IMG/VR virus record: IMGVR_UViG_3300035042_000092
Location: 1 to 36,329 of that record
Direction: 5' to 3' (one strand)
From: a virus
Taxonomy: Duplodnaviria; Caudoviricetes
Length of the DNA: 36,329 nt
The notes beneath the pieces are model-generated. The model was not told the DNA's origin. It did no database searches and saw nothing but the letters and a program-made list of their open reading frames with translations. Shown here piece after piece: positions 35,293 to 36,329 of this stretch (position 1 is its first letter; each line of letters starts with the position of its first letter). A program made the translations under genes and the position numbers.

Positions 35293-35489
35293 AGCCTCAC
35301 AACGGTTTCGGCCTGCGCTTCGGGCAGCTCAGGCAGTTTTATGGATACCCCGGCGGTATATATGGGGCCTTTGCTCGCAAGGGAGGGATTAGCCTCCAGC
35401 ACGGCCTCAACCGCGCCGGATGTGCGCCCGTAGTGCTTGTGGCATATGTAATCCAGGGTGTCGCCGTCTTTTGTGCGATACGTCAGCAT
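35283..35489 (-). CDS. P2 gpX-like tail protein
   Basis: GDTLDYIC..HYG..VEAVLEANP..VRLWD. Confidence 0.92.
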   Translation of the reverse strand: MLTYRTKDGDTLDYICHKHYGRTSGAVEAVLEANPSLASKGPIYTAGVSIKLPELPEAQAETVVRLWD

Positions 35490-35882
35490 TTACAGATCCT
35501 CCCCGTAATTAGAAAGCGCGAGGCGGAACTCCATTTTGCGCGGATCCCCATTTGCGAAAAACACCGTCCGTGTTTCTTCGATCCGCTCTATGCACCACAA
35601 CCCCCATATCTTGCCACGTCCGTCTACCAGCTGCTGCGGCTTGCCCTGGGCGGCAATGGCACGCATACTCTCAACCTGCTCCAGTCCGCCGGAATAGTGC
35701 GGATATATAACCCCGGAGAGGGATATGGTCTCCGTGCCGACGCCGACAAATTGCAGCGCCGGTCTGCGCCCGATGCGCTCCTGCGCAGGCCAGCGGTAAG
35801 CGGTTGTGCGCATCAGCTGCTGATACGCGGCGGCATCAATGGAAAACCTGTATGGACCCAGGGCCATCATAATCTCAGTCAT
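35490..35882 (-). CDS. P2 gpU-like tail protein
   Basis: MMALGPYRFS..AYQ..RW..R..LQFVG..I.LSGVIYP. Confidence 0.9.
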   Translation of the reverse strand: MTEIMMALGPYRFSIDAAAYQQLMRTTAYRWPAQERIGRRPALQFVGVGTETISLSGVIYPHYSGGLEQVESMRAIAAQGKPQQLVDGRGKIWGLWCIERIEETRTVFFANGDPRKMEFRLALSNYGEDL

Positions 35883-36329
35883 AGAGCCGTCCCCGCCTTC
35901 TGGCCTGCGCCTGGCGTTCGCGTTCCTCGAGGGCCCTTGATACCTCGCGTGCCACGGCGCGTTCATCCATGCCGGGCGCCGCATTGATGGTGATCGGCGC
36001 GTTGATGGTGATCGCGGTACCGTGCTCGACCATCTCACTGCCGCTGTGTGCGGGCTGCATCATCGGCTGCACCTTGGCGCTGCCCTGCATCTCAGGCATC
36101 CGCACCGGCTGGACAACAGGCTGCACCTTGGCGCTGCCCTGCATCTCGGGCATCCGCACCGGCTGGACAACAGGCTGCACCTTGGCGCTGCCCTGCATCT
36201 CAGGCATCCGCACCGGCTGGACAACAGGCTGCACCTTGGCGCTGCCCTGCATCTCAGGCATCCGCACCGGCTGGACAACAGGCTGCACCTTGGCGCTGCC
36301 CTGCATCTCAGGCATCCGCACCGGCTGGA
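35875..36329 (-). CDS. 3' end of tail tape measure protein (partial)
   Basis: ITINAPITINAAPGMD..VAREV..RRRGRLYD C-terminus directly upstream of gpU. Confidence 0.8.
   Translation of the reverse strand, partial: QPVRMPEMQGSAKVQPVVQPVRMPEMQGSAKVQPVVQPVRMPEMQGSAKVQPVVQPVRMPEMQGSAKVQPVVQPVRMPEMQGSAKVQPMMQPAHSGSEMVEHGTAITINAPITINAAPGMDERAVAREVSRALEERERQAQARRRGRLYD
36067..36329. repeat. 54-bp in-frame tandem repeat, at least 4.9 copies
   Basis: Units start at 36067, 36121, 36175, 36229, 36283; encodes MPEMQGSAKVQPVVQPVR. Confidence 0.95.

Noticed and set aside
36067-36329. CRISPR array
   Set aside because: Units are contiguous with no unique spacers, are a multiple of 3 and lie in a coding frame.

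Overview
The whole window is part of a temperate phage genome, with most genes on the minus strand. Left to right: a lambda-like head module (major capsid E, decoration protein, ClpP protease, portal, gpW, GpA-type terminase) interrupted by accessory genes; an early/accessory region (methyltransferases, PAPS-reductase-like, thyX, ssb, primase, P4/D5-type helicase); a lambda-like cos candidate; a CII/Cro/CI switch; a tyrosine integrase next to an intact attP carrying the 3' half of tRNA-Leu(CAA); a complete diversity-generating retroelement (RT, TR, avd, C-type-lectin-fold target with VR); and a P2-like contractile tail/baseplate module. The most unusual signal is a set of integron-type attC sites in the early operon, with no integron integrase in the window. 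They delimit gene cassettes whose ORFs run antisense to the attC, and removing them at the canonical G|TT crossover restores a perfect hairpin in one case and a thyX stop/start overlap in the other. Also notable: GTAG-family REP palindromes bracketing modules, an acr/aca-like operon, a stand-alone NrdD glycyl-radical peptide, and a duplicated small-gene-plus-terminator unit in front of the late genes. All family calls come from reading motifs by eye; no searches were run.
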